Shown here piece after piece: positions 10,356 to 20,235 of a DNA stretch of 64,000 bases. Both the position numbers and the translations under genes were made by a program. A model generated the notes under the pieces. That model ran no database searches. It was not told where the DNA came from and worked only from the letters and a program-made list of their open reading frames with translations. How positions within the stretch are numbered: the stretch's first letter is position 1; the number at the start of each line of letters is the position of its first letter. The stretch is from Nitrospirota bacterium (GTDB taxonomy: Bacteria; Nitrospirota; UBA9217), in assembly GCA_963818475.1 (NCBI GenBank), contig CAWFSF010000006.1, positions 2,016,001-2,080,000 of the forward strand, in the 5' to 3' direction.

Positions 10356-11692
10356 GCTCGTTCCTCCTGGTGTCTCTTCTTCAGCCCGGCAAGGCGTTCT
10401 TTGATCCGCTTCTCTTCGCCCTGCTCGGTAGGCCGGTAATATTCCCGCATCTGCGGGAGGTAATCCTGCGCCACATAGTGGCCAGGGTGATCATGGGGAT
10501 ACTGGTATCCTTTGCCCCTGCCGAGCCGTGCTGCCCCCCGGTAGTGAGCGTCCTTCAGGTGGTCGGGCACCGGCAGCAGGGCGCCGTCTTCGATGTCCTT
10601 CATCGCCTGATTGATGGCAAGATAGGAGGCGTTGCTCTTCGGCGCCGCGGCAACGTAGACCGCTGCCTGGGCCAGCGGCAGCCGTCCCTCGGGCATGCCG
10701 ATCCGCTCCAGCGCCTGGCAGGCGGAGGTGGCGACAAAGAGCGCCCGCGGGTCGGCGTTCCCGACATCTTCGCTTGCAGCGATCATGATCCTGCGCGCAA
10801 TGAACAGCGGGTCCTCGCCGGCGTGCAGCATCTTGGCCATCCAGTAGAGCGTTGCGTCGGGATCGCTCCCCCGCATGCTTTTAATGAAAGCGGAGATGGT
10901 GTCGTAGTGCTCGTCCTCGTCATAGGCGAGCGCTTTTTGCTGGATGGACTCTTCGGCGGTCTGGAGATCGTACAGGACCGTCCCGTCCGGGCCCGGCGCG
11001 GTGGAAAGCACACCCAGTTCGAGAGCGTTGAGCGCGCGGCGGGCGTCGCCGTTCGCCCGGGCGACCAGCAGAGCCAGGGCTTCAGGCGTCAGGTTCACGG
11101 ACAGTTTCCCCAGTCCCCGCTCCGCATCGCCAAGGGCGCGCGTGATGACGGTCTGAATATCCTCGTCCTTCAGGGGTTTGAATTCGAAGATCTGGGAGCG
11201 GGAGGAAAGTGCCGGGATGATCGCGAAAAAAGGATTTGCCGTTGACGCGCCGATGAGCGTGATAATTCCCCGTTCCACATCGGGCAGAAGCGCGTCCTGC
11301 TGGACACGCGTGAACCGGTGGATCTCGTCGATAAAAAGGATCGTACGCCTGCTGCTTTGGCTGTGCTCAAGCGAGGCTTCCTGGGTCACCCGCCGAATGT
11401 CTGCGACGCCTGCGGTAACGGCATTGAGGGACACGAAGCGGGCAAGGCTGCGCTCTGCGATCAAATGGGCAAGCGCGGTCTTGCCTGACCCGGGAGGACC
11501 ATAGAGGATGAGCGACATGAAACGGTCGGCTTCGATGGCCCTGCGCAGAAGTCTGCCCTGACCGAGAATATGGTCCTGCCCCACGTACTCGGAAAGGTCG
11601 CGGGGACGCATCCTCCAGGCAAGCGGTGCCTTTGACTGCTCGAGATCAGCCGCGAGGGGCTCTATCTTTTTTGTGAGGTTCTTGAGGCCCAC
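10352..11692 (-). CDS. rarA: replication-associated recombination protein A (AAA+ ATPase)
   Basis: [53 protein letters not shown]. Confidence 0.96.
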   Translation of the reverse strand: MGLKNLTKKIEPLAADLEQSKAPLAWRMRPRDLSEYVGQDHILGQGRLLRRAIEADRFMSLILYGPPGSGKTALAHLIAERSLARFVSLNAVTAGVADIRRVTQEASLEHSQSSRRTILFIDEIHRFTRVQQDALLPDVERGIITLIGASTANPFFAIIPALSSRSQIFEFKPLKDEDIQTVITRALGDAERGLGKLSVNLTPEALALLVARANGDARRALNALELGVLSTAPGPDGTVLYDLQTAEESIQQKALAYDEDEHYDTISAFIKSMRGSDPDATLYWMAKMLHAGEDPLFIARRIMIAASEDVGNADPRALFVATSACQALERIGMPEGRLPLAQAAVYVAAAPKSNASYLAINQAMKDIEDGALLPVPDHLKDAHYRGAARLGRGKGYQYPHDHPGHYVAQDYLPQMREYYRPTEQGEEKRIKERLAGLKKRHQEERA

Positions 11693-11723
11693 CGTGCTGT
11701 TTCAGGAGGGCTTACGCGGGCAA

Positions 11724-12054
11724 GTGATAGCAGCGGATGGAGAACCGGATCGTCGTGCCAGATCAGGATTGTACGGGATATGGGATATGAGCAGGCAAAG
11801 GAGAAATGACATGACCATTCCGTCGAGAGACACCCTTCTGCTGGGGGTCTGTTGTTGCCCCTCCAGGAGCGTTGCCTGTCAGGACAGCCTTTGCGTAACT
11901 ATATGTATGTATTGGTGATCCCACGTTTCGTAATATCGTTTCCTTGAACTGGCATGCGATCTGGTGCAGTGTTGAAATGTCATCGCGGCCGCAACGTAAC
12001 GGATTTACTCCGATACCTTGCCTTCCGCTTGATCCGCTGATGCGTTACTATCAC
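11724..12054 (-). ncRNA. candidate large rod-like structured RNA (unassigned)
   Basis: At least five nested complementary segments across an ORF-poor interval (see findings); strand inferred from G-U pairs. Confidence 0.45.
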
Positions 12055-12123
12055 AAGCGCCGGAGCCTTCCTTACTTACCGGTCCTTTCAGGCGCTGATT
12101 AACACTTAAGAAACCTTTTAAAA

Positions 12124-12296
12124 CCCCCGCTTTTGCCGTGCAGATTAACTTGATTCCTGGTCGTAACCAGGTGGGCGCCCTGTCGGCTCGATCAGGCTTC
12201 CCAGTCTTGTCTGGGCATGCTCACACGTTCCGAGGTAAGCTCCCGTTTTATTCATTTCACGAGGAACAAGTTTACCTATCACGCGCAAAGCAGGGG
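12124..12296 (-). ncRNA. ssrS: 6S RNA
   Basis: ~175 nt downstream of zapA (conserved synteny); ends pair CCCCTGCTTTGC-GCGTG / CACG-GCAAAAGCGGGG; central GGGAGC...GCGCCCAC arm; own sigma70-type promoter. Confidence 0.88.
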
Positions 12297-12319
12297 AATT
12301 GATATTTCTGCCTGTTATT

Positions 12320-12348
12320 TATATACCAGAATAGAAAAAAAATGGCAA
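12320..12348 (-). promoter_or_regulatory. sigma70-type promoter of 6S RNA
   Basis: TTGCCA-17 nt-TATATA with extended TG on the minus strand, just upstream of the 6S gene. Confidence 0.7.
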
Positions 12349-12459
12349 GAATAAAATAATACGCGGTTTTACGGCAAGCACAATAATACCTTTTTAATTC
12401 AACAAGTTACTCGTAATAAGGAAGAAGGATTACCCTGAAAATACCCCGATCCTGAGCGG

Positions 12460-12744
12460 TTACTTATCTTCTTCACCATCGCCGGTAAATTCCAGCAATC
12501 GCCTCGCCGACCGTTCAGTGGATTCTTCCAGGGCCCGGTACTGTTGTCGCAGGTGAAAGAGTTCGTCCGAGATGGTAAGAGCAGCCAGGATCGCGACCCG
12601 ATGAGCATCTGATGTACCGGTACCCTTCTGCACCTCTCTCATTTTAGCATCGCAAAAAGCGGCCAGTTCCCGGATGTAGGCATGGTCCTCCATCCCCTTG
12701 ATGCTGTATACCTGACCGAGTATTTCAACCTGTACGCTTTGCAT
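12460..12744 (-). CDS. zapA: cell division protein ZapA
   Basis: VQVEILGQVYSI...D.KMREV...RVAILAALTISDEL; upstream of 6S. Confidence 0.88.
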   Translation of the reverse strand: MQSVQVEILGQVYSIKGMEDHAYIRELAAFCDAKMREVQKGTGTSDAHRVAILAALTISDELFHLRQQYRALEESTERSARRLLEFTGDGEEDK

Positions 12745-12754
12745 ACTATTCACC

Positions 12755-12886
12755 AAAATTCCAATTTCCAAATAACAAATCCCAAATAATAACCAAATTC
12801 AAAACTTCAATTGCCGAAACGTTTGGAAATTGATGCTTAGCGCTTGGCATTTATTTGTGATTTGCTATTTGTGATTTGGTGTTTGC
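12755..12886. repeat. heptamer-built palindromic intergenic repeat
   Basis: AAATTCC/AAATAAC/AAATCCC units, central AAACGTTT, then GATTTGG/TATTTGT units; similar copies at 50425-50558 and 58285-58386. Confidence 0.75.
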
Positions 12887-12888
12887 TC

Positions 12889-13795
12889 TTACAACAGCGC
12901 GTCCACAAATTCCTTCGGTTCGAACTCACGCAGATCCTCAATGGCTTCGCCGATGCCGACGAACTTGACCGGGATCCCCAGTTCTTTCGTGATGGCAAAG
13001 ACAATGCCGCCCTTCGACGTCCCGTCGAGCTTCGTAAGCACGATGCCGGTGACGCCGATCGCTTCATGGAACATCCTTGCCTGGACCAGGGCGTTCTGGC
13101 CCGTATTGCCGTCCAGGACCAGCAGTGTCTCATGGGGCGCTCCCGGCAGCTCGCGCGATACGATGCGTTTCACTTTTTTGAGCTCCTCCATGAGGTTCGA
13201 TTTCGTATGCAGCCTGCCGGCCGTGTCGATCATGAGCACATCCACGGCCCTGGCCTTGGCAGCAGTAACGGCATCGAACACGACCGCGCTCGGATCGGCG
13301 CCCTCTTGATGCTTGATCACCGGAATGCCCGCCCGCTCTCCCCAAATGGACAACTGCTCGGACGCCGCGGCCCTGAAGGTATCTCCTGCGGCCAGCATCA
13401 CCTGTTTGCCCTGTGATTGCAGCCGGTGCGCCAGCTTGCCGATCGTGGTGGTCTTGCCCGTGCCGTTCACGCCGATCACGAGGACCACCGACGGTGAGGC
13501 AGTAAGCGACGAACTTCGACGATGTCGATGAGAGGATCTCAAGGAGAAGATGTTTGAGACGCGCCCGCACCTGGTCCGGCGTTGAAAGCTCCTGGCGTTT
13601 GAACCGCTCGGTCAGGTCCTTCAACACAAAGGCGGCGGTTTCAACCCCCACGTCGGATGCGATCAACGCTTCTTCAAGTTCATCGAGGAAAGTCTCGTCG
13701 ATCTTCTGGCCGAGAATAAGCGTACCGAGCTTATCAGCAATATTCTTTCTGGTCTTTGCCAATCCATCGCTCAGACTTTTAAATACACCCAGCAT
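12889..13795 (-). CDS. ftsY: SRP receptor FtsY (one apparent frameshift near 13510)
   Basis: N-part [11 protein letters not shown] in one frame; [35 protein letters not shown] in the next. Confidence 0.93.
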
Positions 13796-13833
13796 AAGAA
13801 CCCCTTACAATAAAAAGAATGACCTCGGTACCG

Positions 13834-14919
13834 TCACAGGTCAAGCGGCAGTTTTTCCGACGGCACCGCCGCGCTTCGTCCTGCACGCTGTTCATTCCGC
13901 GTTCCCGAAATACCAACGGCTTTATCGTTTCCCGGCGCCTCATCCTGTTCTGTCAGTTGAGAATCCGCTTCAGCATAGCCTGCCTTGCGGTACAGATAGC
14001 GGTCGTGCATTTTGTTAAAACCGGTCCATCCGCCCTCAACGATATTTTCTTTCTGCAGCGTGGCCTGAAAATTATTGATCTTGGCCGAAAGGTCATCAAG
14101 ATAATGAATGACCACCGCTTCCTGGATCTTGGGCCGCTTGGGCGAGCCGAACTCGTACTCGCCGTGGTGCGAGAGCATGATGTGCTTCAGCAGCATCGTA
14201 AGCTCCGCCGGAAACCCGGGGATCGTGCTGATCTTTTCGACCAGCATCTCATAGCCCAGCGAGATATGGCCGATAAGCCTTCCTTCGGTCGTATATTCTA
14301 TCGATTTCCGCACTGCCAGCTCGCGGACCTTGCCGATATCATGCAAAAAGGCGCCGGCGGTCAGCAGGTCGCCGTCGATGGACGGAAAATGCTTTGCCAC
14401 GTCGCGCGACAGGGAGATCAGTTCCAGGAGATGCTCCAGCAGCCCGCCGATGAAATTATGATGCAGCGCCTTTGCCGCCGGCGTGCGCCTGAGCAGGTCC
14501 ATGAAGGCCTGGTCGTTCAGAAAGGAGTTCATGAGCTGCTTCAAATGAGGATTGGTGATGCCGGCTGCCGCGGCTTGAAGCTCCGCCACCATCTCATCGA
14601 TGTTGCGTTTTGAGGCCAGCAGAAAATTGGCGATGTCGACACGGGAATCGTCGACCTTCTCCAGGGTCTTCATCTTGATCTGCATCGAGCCCTGGTAGTT
14701 CGCTGCGATGCCCTTGATGCGGACAAAATCCTCGCGTTCGAACCTGCCGGCGACCTCATCGGCATTGTCCCACAACCTGCCGTCGATCTCGCCGGTCTTG
14801 TCGGAAAGCTTGATCGAAAGGTAGGTCACTCCATTTTTGGCGGTTGAAACCTGTTTTGACGTTGCCAGGTAAATCTCTTCCACCCAGTCGCCTTCTTTGA
14901 GAGATGCTATCGTCTGCAT
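13834..14919 (-). CDS. yhaM: YhaM/Cbf1-family 3'-5' exoribonuclease (OB fold + HD)
   Basis: OB-fold LSDKTGEIDGRLW; PAAKALHHNFIGGLLEH, LHDIGK, LIGHI, SHHGEYEFGSP. Confidence 0.88.
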   Translation of the reverse strand: MQTIASLKEGDWVEEIYLATSKQVSTAKNGVTYLSIKLSDKTGEIDGRLWDNADEVAGRFEREDFVRIKGIAANYQGSMQIKMKTLEKVDDSRVDIANFLLASKRNIDEMVAELQAAAAGITNPHLKQLMNSFLNDQAFMDLLRRTPAAKALHHNFIGGLLEHLLELISLSRDVAKHFPSIDGDLLTAGAFLHDIGKVRELAVRKSIEYTTEGRLIGHISLGYEMLVEKISTIPGFPAELTMLLKHIMLSHHGEYEFGSPKRPKIQEAVVIHYLDDLSAKINNFQATLQKENIVEGGWTGFNKMHDRYLYRKAGYAEADSQLTEQDEAPGNDKAVGISGTRNEQRAGRSAAVPSEKLPLDL

Positions 14920-15209
14920 GTGTTCCTTTCTCGTTGCTCCTGTGGGCGATAATAAACCATCCCCCCGGCGATGTCAAACAGAAAGCGGCCAAACTGGCGG
15001 CGGAGACGGAGTTTTGCAGGAAAACAACCGATGCAGATGCATCTCCATCATGCACAAGGATGCAATCCAAAATCTTTTACTTTTTCAATGAGGAAGAGCT
15101 CCGAGCCATTTCCACAGAGAAGAGAAACCGGCCACAATGCCTGGCCGGCTTACATTGCTGAACATTCCTCGGTGAGATGGATAATGCGGGAGTTACGTGC
15201 GAGGATCGA

Positions 15210-15452
15210 TCATTTTTTTCTGACATACGCCTTATACTCGCCGTTCTCGCTGGTGATCCCGAGAAATTCATTTCCTGTCATTTTGCACCAGGCAGGCATA
15301 TCTTTTACGATCCCGTCGTCATCGGACAGCACCTCAAGGACCTGTCCCGACTGCATTTCCTTGATCTTGTTCGATGTCTTGAAGATCGGCATGGGGCAGG
15401 CAAGGCCCACGCAATCGATGCTAAAATCCGGTTTAGTGTCTTTACTCTCCAT
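15210..15452 (-). CDS. tusA: TusA-family sulfurtransferase
   Basis: IDCVGLACPMPI (CPxP motif), VLSDD, DMPAWC. Confidence 0.88.
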   Translation of the reverse strand: MESKDTKPDFSIDCVGLACPMPIFKTSNKIKEMQSGQVLEVLSDDDGIVKDMPAWCKMTGNEFLGITSENGEYKAYVRKK

Positions 15453-15530
15453 CGGAATCCTCATTCAGACGCAACGCAGGTTGCCCACGGTATTCAAATC
15501 CGCAATCCGAAATCCGCAATCCGCAATGAA

Positions 15531-15959
15531 TCATTCCATCTCGTGCTCGTGTCCTGCGTCAGCGGAGAGCGTTACCGGCGAAGACTTGCCCTGCTTCTTG
15601 TAGTAATCGTCGAGCGCGGACTTGAGCGCCTCTTCAGCCAGCACCGAGCAGTGCATCTTCACCTTCGGCAGGCCGCCCAGAGCCTCGGCAACTGCGGCAT
15701 TCGATATCTTGAGCGCTTCATCGATCGATTTGCCCTTCACCAGGTCCGTGACCATGCTGCTCGTGGCGATGGCCGCGCCGCAACCGAAGGTCTTGAACTT
15801 GGCGTCGGTGATGATGTTGTTCTCCACCTTGATGTACAGGCGCATCACGTCGCCGCATACCGGATTGCCGACCGTGCCAACGCCGTCAGCGTTCTCGATC
15901 TCCCCCACGTTGTGAGGCTGTGCAAAATGCTCCATCACTTTTGAACTGTACTGTTCCAT
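15531..15959 (-). CDS. iscU: Fe-S scaffold IscU/NifU N-terminal type
   Basis: GNPVCGDVM, FKTFGCGAAIA, LPKVKMHCSVLA. Confidence 0.95.
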   Translation of the reverse strand: MEQYSSKVMEHFAQPHNVGEIENADGVGTVGNPVCGDVMRLYIKVENNIITDAKFKTFGCGAAIATSSMVTDLVKGKSIDEALKISNAAVAEALGGLPKVKMHCSVLAEEALKSALDDYYKKQGKSSPVTLSADAGHEHEME

Positions 15960-15969
15960 ATCTTCCTCC

Positions 15970-17154
15970 TCAGCGAGCCTTTTCTTGTTTGATCATATCT
16001 TCATAAAGAGGCGACATCTCCCGGAGCCGCTGAACGATGGGAGGCAGCGCTTGTATGACGTAATCGATATCTTCCGTGGTATTGCCCATGCCGAGCGACA
16101 TGAGCAGCGTTCCGTTGGCGACCGCTGCGTCCGTACCGATGCAGGTCAGCACGTGCGATGACTTGAGCGACCGCGACGTACAGGCGGAACCGCTCGAAAC
16201 CGAGATCCCCTGCATGTTCAGGAAGAGCAGCATGGACTCCCCTTCCACATACCACATGGACATGTTCAGGTTCTGCGGCAGCCGCTTCGTGGGATGGCCG
16301 TTGATCACCACATGGTCGATCTTCTCCACCAGGCCTTTCTGTAGACGGTCGCGAAGCGTGGTCAGCGTGGTCATCCGGTTCGGAAGGTCGGCCATGGCAA
16401 GCTCACAAGCCTTGCCCAGCCCCACGATGCCGGGCACATTCTCGGTGCCGGAACGCCTGCCGTCTTCCTGGATCCCGCCTTCGATCTGCGGCTTGATCCG
16501 CACGCCTTTTCGCACATAGAGCGCGCCCACGCCTTTGGGGCCGTAGAACTGGTGGCCCGAGAGCGAAAGCGCGTCAACGCCCAGGGACGATACGTTCACC
16601 GGGATCCAGCCCACGGTCGCCACCGCATCCGTATGGAACAGAACGCCCTTTTCTTTGGTGATCTTCGATATCTCTTCGATCGGCTCGATGCTGCCGATCT
16701 CGTTGTTCGCATGCATGATCGAGACAAGGACCGTTTCCTTCGTGATCGCCTTGGCAACATCCGCGGGGTCCACGATCCCGTACTGGTCCGTCGGCAGTGC
16801 CGTGACCGTAAATCCGGACTTTTCGAGCGTCTTGACCGGATGGAGCACGGAGAAATGCTCGATCTGGGACACGATGATATGCTTGCCCTTCTGGCTGTTC
16901 GCCTGGGCAAGGCCTTTGAGCGCAAAGTTATTGGATTCCGCACCGGAGGAGGTAAAGAATATCTCTTCAGGCTTTGCGCCGATGAGGGCCGCGGTCTTTG
17001 CCCGCGCATCTTCAACAGCGTTCTTGGCTTCCCGTCCGATGTCGTGCAGGTTCGAGGGGTTGCCGAACTTGAGCGTGAAATAGGGCATCATTTCTTCTAC
17101 CACTTTGGGATGGGTAGGCGTCGTGGCTGCGTGGTCCAGATATACTTTTCTCAT
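15970..17154 (-). CDS. iscS: cysteine desulfurase
   Basis: YLDHAATTP, FGNPS, HANNEIG, HTDAV, RSGTENV, SSGSACTS. Confidence 0.95.
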   Translation of the reverse strand: MRKVYLDHAATTPTHPKVVEEMMPYFTLKFGNPSNLHDIGREAKNAVEDARAKTAALIGAKPEEIFFTSSGAESNNFALKGLAQANSQKGKHIIVSQIEHFSVLHPVKTLEKSGFTVTALPTDQYGIVDPADVAKAITKETVLVSIMHANNEIGSIEPIEEISKITKEKGVLFHTDAVATVGWIPVNVSSLGVDALSLSGHQFYGPKGVGALYVRKGVRIKPQIEGGIQEDGRRSGTENVPGIVGLGKACELAMADLPNRMTTLTTLRDRLQKGLVEKIDHVVINGHPTKRLPQNLNMSMWYVEGESMLLFLNMQGISVSSGSACTSRSLKSSHVLTCIGTDAAVANGTLLMSLGMGNTTEDIDYVIQALPPIVQRLREMSPLYEDMIKQEKAR

Positions 17155-17156
17155 GA

Positions 17157-17632
17157 TCAACATGCCCCCTTTCCTGCGACAGCGAGCTTTCTTTTCGGCT
17201 TCAGAAGCTCAGGTTCGCTTTTCCGGCTCTCTTGCAGCAGGTCCTCAAAACTGATGCTGTCAAGCGCTTCTTCTATTTTGGCACCGACCTTTGTCCAGAC
17301 CATGCGGGCGACACAGTCGTCTGCCTGCAGGCAGTCATCGCAGACTCGCCGGGCTCCAGACAGTGCGACAAGGCTATGGGACCCTCAAGGGCCCGGACAA
17401 TATCGCCGATCGTCAGCTCCACAGGCTTCCGCGCGAGCAGGTAGCCTCCTGCCGGGCCGCGCACGCTCTCGATCAGTCCCGCCTTCCCGAGCTTATGCAG
17501 GATCTGCTCAAGGTAGGAAAGCGATATGCCCTGGCGTTCGGCGATCTCCTTGATGGTGATCGGCCCCTTGCCGTGCCGGGCTATCTCGTATACTGCCCGG
17601 ACGCCGTATTTCCCTTTAGTGGACAGTTTCAT
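17157..17632 (-). CDS. iscR: Rrf2-family regulator IscR (apparent frameshift near 17340)
   Basis: ISLSYLEQIL...SVRGPAGGYLL; second frame gives DDCLQADDCVARMVW...LDSISFEDL, completing the three-Cys cluster motif. Confidence 0.88.
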
Positions 17633-17716
17633 AGGACACCCTCACTGGCTGCAGGAAAACCAGTCCGATAAATACAGGACTGGTTCCGTCCTCAGTAGCT
17701 TCATGCTTAACATATC

Positions 17717-17741
17717 AAACCTGACTATTTCTGTCAAGTAT
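17717..17741 (-). promoter_or_regulatory. type-1 IscR operator overlapping the isc promoter -35
   Basis: Minus strand ATACTTGACAGAAATAGTCAGGTTT resembles the type-1 consensus ATASYYGACTRwwwYAGTCRRSTAT. Confidence 0.75.
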
Positions 17742-17785
17742 ATTGTTTCATGTTCGTGATTTCCGAATTATGCTATACTCCCGGC

Positions 17786-18604
17786 ATGTTACAGACCAAT
17801 CCCCATAACCCCATCACGAGCAAAGACAACGCTACCATCAAGCATCTGCACGCCCTTTCGGAATCCAAGCAGAGAAAAAAGGAACAGGCCTTCCTGATCG
17901 AAGGCGTCAAAATGGTCGAGGAAGCGCTTCGGGACAACCTGGGCGTCAAGATGGTTGTTGCCTCCCCTTCCCTGATGCAGCACCATGGCAAGGGTGTGCT
18001 GAAACTCGCCGAGAACCGGTCCGTTGAAGTGCTCTGGATCTCAGAGCGCTTAATGGACACGATCGCTGAAAGCAAAACTCCCCAGCCGGTCATGGCGGTG
18101 GTGACGATGAAGATATCCTCCGAGCAAGGCCTGCTGGCGAATGACGCAGGCCTCATTGTCATGGCCCATCAGCTTCAGGACCCGGGGAACCTCGGGACCA
18201 TCATCAGGACCGCAGAGGCAGTAGGCGCATCCGGCGTGGCGATCACGTCGAACACCGTGGACCCTTTTAACCCCAAAGCCATCCGGGCGTCCATGGGCAG
18301 CATCCTGCGCGTGCCGATCGTTCATAGTGGAGATGCGTCGGCGTTCATCAAGACCTGCAAAGAGAAGGGCTTTCAGACAGTGGCGACAGTTCTGACCGGA
18401 AGGACAACCCACTTCGATATCGACCTTAAGAAACCAACGGTGATGGTCCTCGGACAGGAAGGCGCCGGACTGCCGCAGGACATCATGGCGGACATCGATC
18501 AGCAGGTCCGCATTCCCATGGCATCAACGATCGACTCGCTGAATGTGGCGACTGCGGCGGCAGTGATCTTATATGAGGCGTTCAGGCAGAGGATGGTGCG
18601 GTAG
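17786..18604 (+). CDS. TrmH/SpoU-family RNA methyltransferase
   Basis: LIEG, QDPGNLGTIIRTA, RASMGS, LGQEGAGL, IPM...SLNVATA. Confidence 0.92.
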   Translation: MLQTNPHNPITSKDNATIKHLHALSESKQRKKEQAFLIEGVKMVEEALRDNLGVKMVVASPSLMQHHGKGVLKLAENRSVEVLWISERLMDTIAESKTPQPVMAVVTMKISSEQGLLANDAGLIVMAHQLQDPGNLGTIIRTAEAVGASGVAITSNTVDPFNPKAIRASMGSILRVPIVHSGDASAFIKTCKEKGFQTVATVLTGRTTHFDIDLKKPTVMVLGQEGAGLPQDIMADIDQQVRIPMASTIDSLNVATAAAVILYEAFRQRMVR

Positions 18605-18716
18605 TCTCGGTGCCTCGGTGCAAGTTTCTTCCTGAAGTCGTTGATGTTGCCATTTCCTGAAACATATAAAGCATCAAATCGTAATTGTCAGTACCTGCCC
18701 TTAAAACGCATTCTCG

Positions 18717-18745
18717 TTGACATCGGTATGAATCAGGAATATATT
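18717..18745 (+). promoter_or_regulatory. sigma70-type promoter pointing into the accessory island
   Basis: TTGACA-17 nt-TATATT. Confidence 0.65.
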
Positions 18746-18792
18746 TGTCTGAAATTGTCTGAAATCAGTATATTGTGCACGCCAGCAGTTAA
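18745..18792 (+). other. attI-like site 1 (interrupted by the IS-like element)
   Basis: Tandem TTGTCTGAAA repeats, then AGTATA-N15-GTT; the reconstructed empty site reads GTTAAAC (GTTRRRY). Confidence 0.4.
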
Positions 18793-19835
18793 TGATAAAA
18801 ATTTGAGAGAAAATTGGGTGACACTTTTCCGTTGATCGTAACTGTAATAAGCCCTTTCATCCTCAGCCAGGCCTCGACGGCGATCCGCCAGGCCGCTTGC
18901 GGGTGAACACCTCCTTTACTGCATAGTATATCATCCTGCAAGTTTGTCATCCAAGCATAGGCATCCCTCCTTTCCCATTTGGTAACCGTTCTTTTGTTCG
19001 TGAAGTACACTTGGCAGGCGTTGCTGCCGTGTAGGCAAGGACGAGGTTGGTGGTTGAGGTCATGTTCAACCGTCGATGCATACGCTTCCATGTGTTCGCG
19101 CTGGCAGCTGGTCTTATACGCGAGCTTTGCAGCAAGCCCGTTTTTCAGCTCGGTTTGCGCCTCTTCGATCGCCCCGTTGTAAGGTGGATAATGGACCGGG
19201 CTGTTCAAGGGCAGGACGAAGTAGTCCTCGAGCACGGCATTGATCGCCGCATGGTTCAGATTGCCGCCATTGTCCCGTTTGAGGAATAGGGGCGCCCCGA
19301 AGCGGTCGAAGGTCGCCGCGAGATAGCCGGATATCTCTTCGCCGCAGGGAACGTCTCCTGTCATGGGTGTGAACTTGTAGCGGGACGCAAGGTCCTGCAT
19401 ATGGTTCAGGTACACTTTGGCTCCGGCCGCATCTCGTCCGTCGTATTCGCAGGGGTCCATGGACCATGCGACGTTCGGCACGTTCCAGCTGATCCGCCGC
19501 AGATTCTGACGGTGTAACGTATTGAGATCATGCCGTGCCATTTCTATCATGCGCTGCAGCTCACGCCTTGATACGGAGGATGCGTAGCGACCGTAGAGTG
19601 CGCCCGTGCCCTGCGTCCGGTCTTGCCCGTGAGACAACCCTGCTATATCCAGTCCAAGTTTCTCAAGATCCGGCGGCTTGACCTTGGGAGGCCCCGGCTG
19701 CCGCACGAGAGGCGTGGCGTTCTTCTGCCTTCGACGCCACCGTATAAAGCTCGGGTAGGGCAGCCTCACGGCGCTGCAGATCGCCTGGTAGGACATACAG
19801 GTCTTCTCCCTCATCTGATCAATAACAGCAAGCAT
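18789..19835 (-). CDS. rve/DDE transposase, OrfB-like
   Basis: WSMD...LKRDNG-(35)-IEEAQTELK: DD(35)E with K at +7; the stop codon lies in the flanking target DNA. Confidence 0.85.
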   Translation of the reverse strand: MLAVIDQMREKTCMSYQAICSAVRLPYPSFIRWRRRQKNATPLVRQPGPPKVKPPDLEKLGLDIAGLSHGQDRTQGTGALYGRYASSVSRRELQRMIEMARHDLNTLHRQNLRRISWNVPNVAWSMDPCEYDGRDAAGAKVYLNHMQDLASRYKFTPMTGDVPCGEEISGYLAATFDRFGAPLFLKRDNGGNLNHAAINAVLEDYFVLPLNSPVHYPPYNGAIEEAQTELKNGLAAKLAYKTSCQREHMEAYASTVEHDLNHQPRPCLHGSNACQVYFTNKRTVTKWERRDAYAWMTNLQDDILCSKGGVHPQAAWRIAVEAWLRMKGLITVTINGKVSPNFLSNFYH

Positions 19836-19840
19836 ACGGG

Positions 19841-20218
19841 TTATGGTTTCTTCCTTTGCTTTCGTTTTTTTTCCTCGGACATGCCTTTCTTTGTTTTGGC
19901 GTTATGCAGCTCATAGGCATGCAGCATGTCCCGCACTTCCACGGTCTTCTCAGCGACAAAGAGCTTGTTCTGAAGCTCGATGATCTCGTCTTGCAAACGC
20001 TGCTTCTCCTCGTCCTGCGGTATACTCGGCCTTCCCGGGGTCTTGTCCTCCAGAGCCTCCGTCATCGCCTGTAATGCCCGTTTCTCCCACTCATAGTAGG
20101 TCTTCCGGGACACGCCGAGTCTCCGCGCGCCTTCCTCGGCTGTGATCTGGCCGCTCCTGACCGCAAAGATCACCGCGGCTCGTTTTAGGGCAAGCTCTTT
20201 GTCTGCTGAGTCGCTCAT
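19841..20218 (-). CDS. HTH + coiled-coil protein, OrfA-like
   Basis: TAEEGARRLGVSRKTYYEWE HTH; A8 slippery run near the 3' end with an open -1 frame into the downstream DDE ORF. Confidence 0.82.
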   Translation of the reverse strand: MSDSADKELALKRAAVIFAVRSGQITAEEGARRLGVSRKTYYEWEKRALQAMTEALEDKTPGRPSIPQDEEKQRLQDEIIELQNKLFVAEKTVEVRDMLHAYELHNAKTKKGMSEEKKRKQRKKP

Positions 20219-20235
20219 ACGCACCGGCCTTTCCG

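Noticed and set aside
11724-12105. tmRNA, RNase P RNA or SRP RNA
   Set aside because: No tRNA-like ends, no GAGGAAAGUCC RNase P signature and no SRP domain IV motif recognised.
12755-12886. Possible CRISPR array in the short-period repeat tracts
   Set aside because: Units are degenerate 7-mers without unique spacers, and no cas genes are in the window.
18605-18716. Remnant of an integron integrase gene next to attI-like site 1
   Set aside because: Minus-strand translation shows no tyrosine-recombinase motif, and the interval is too short to support a call.
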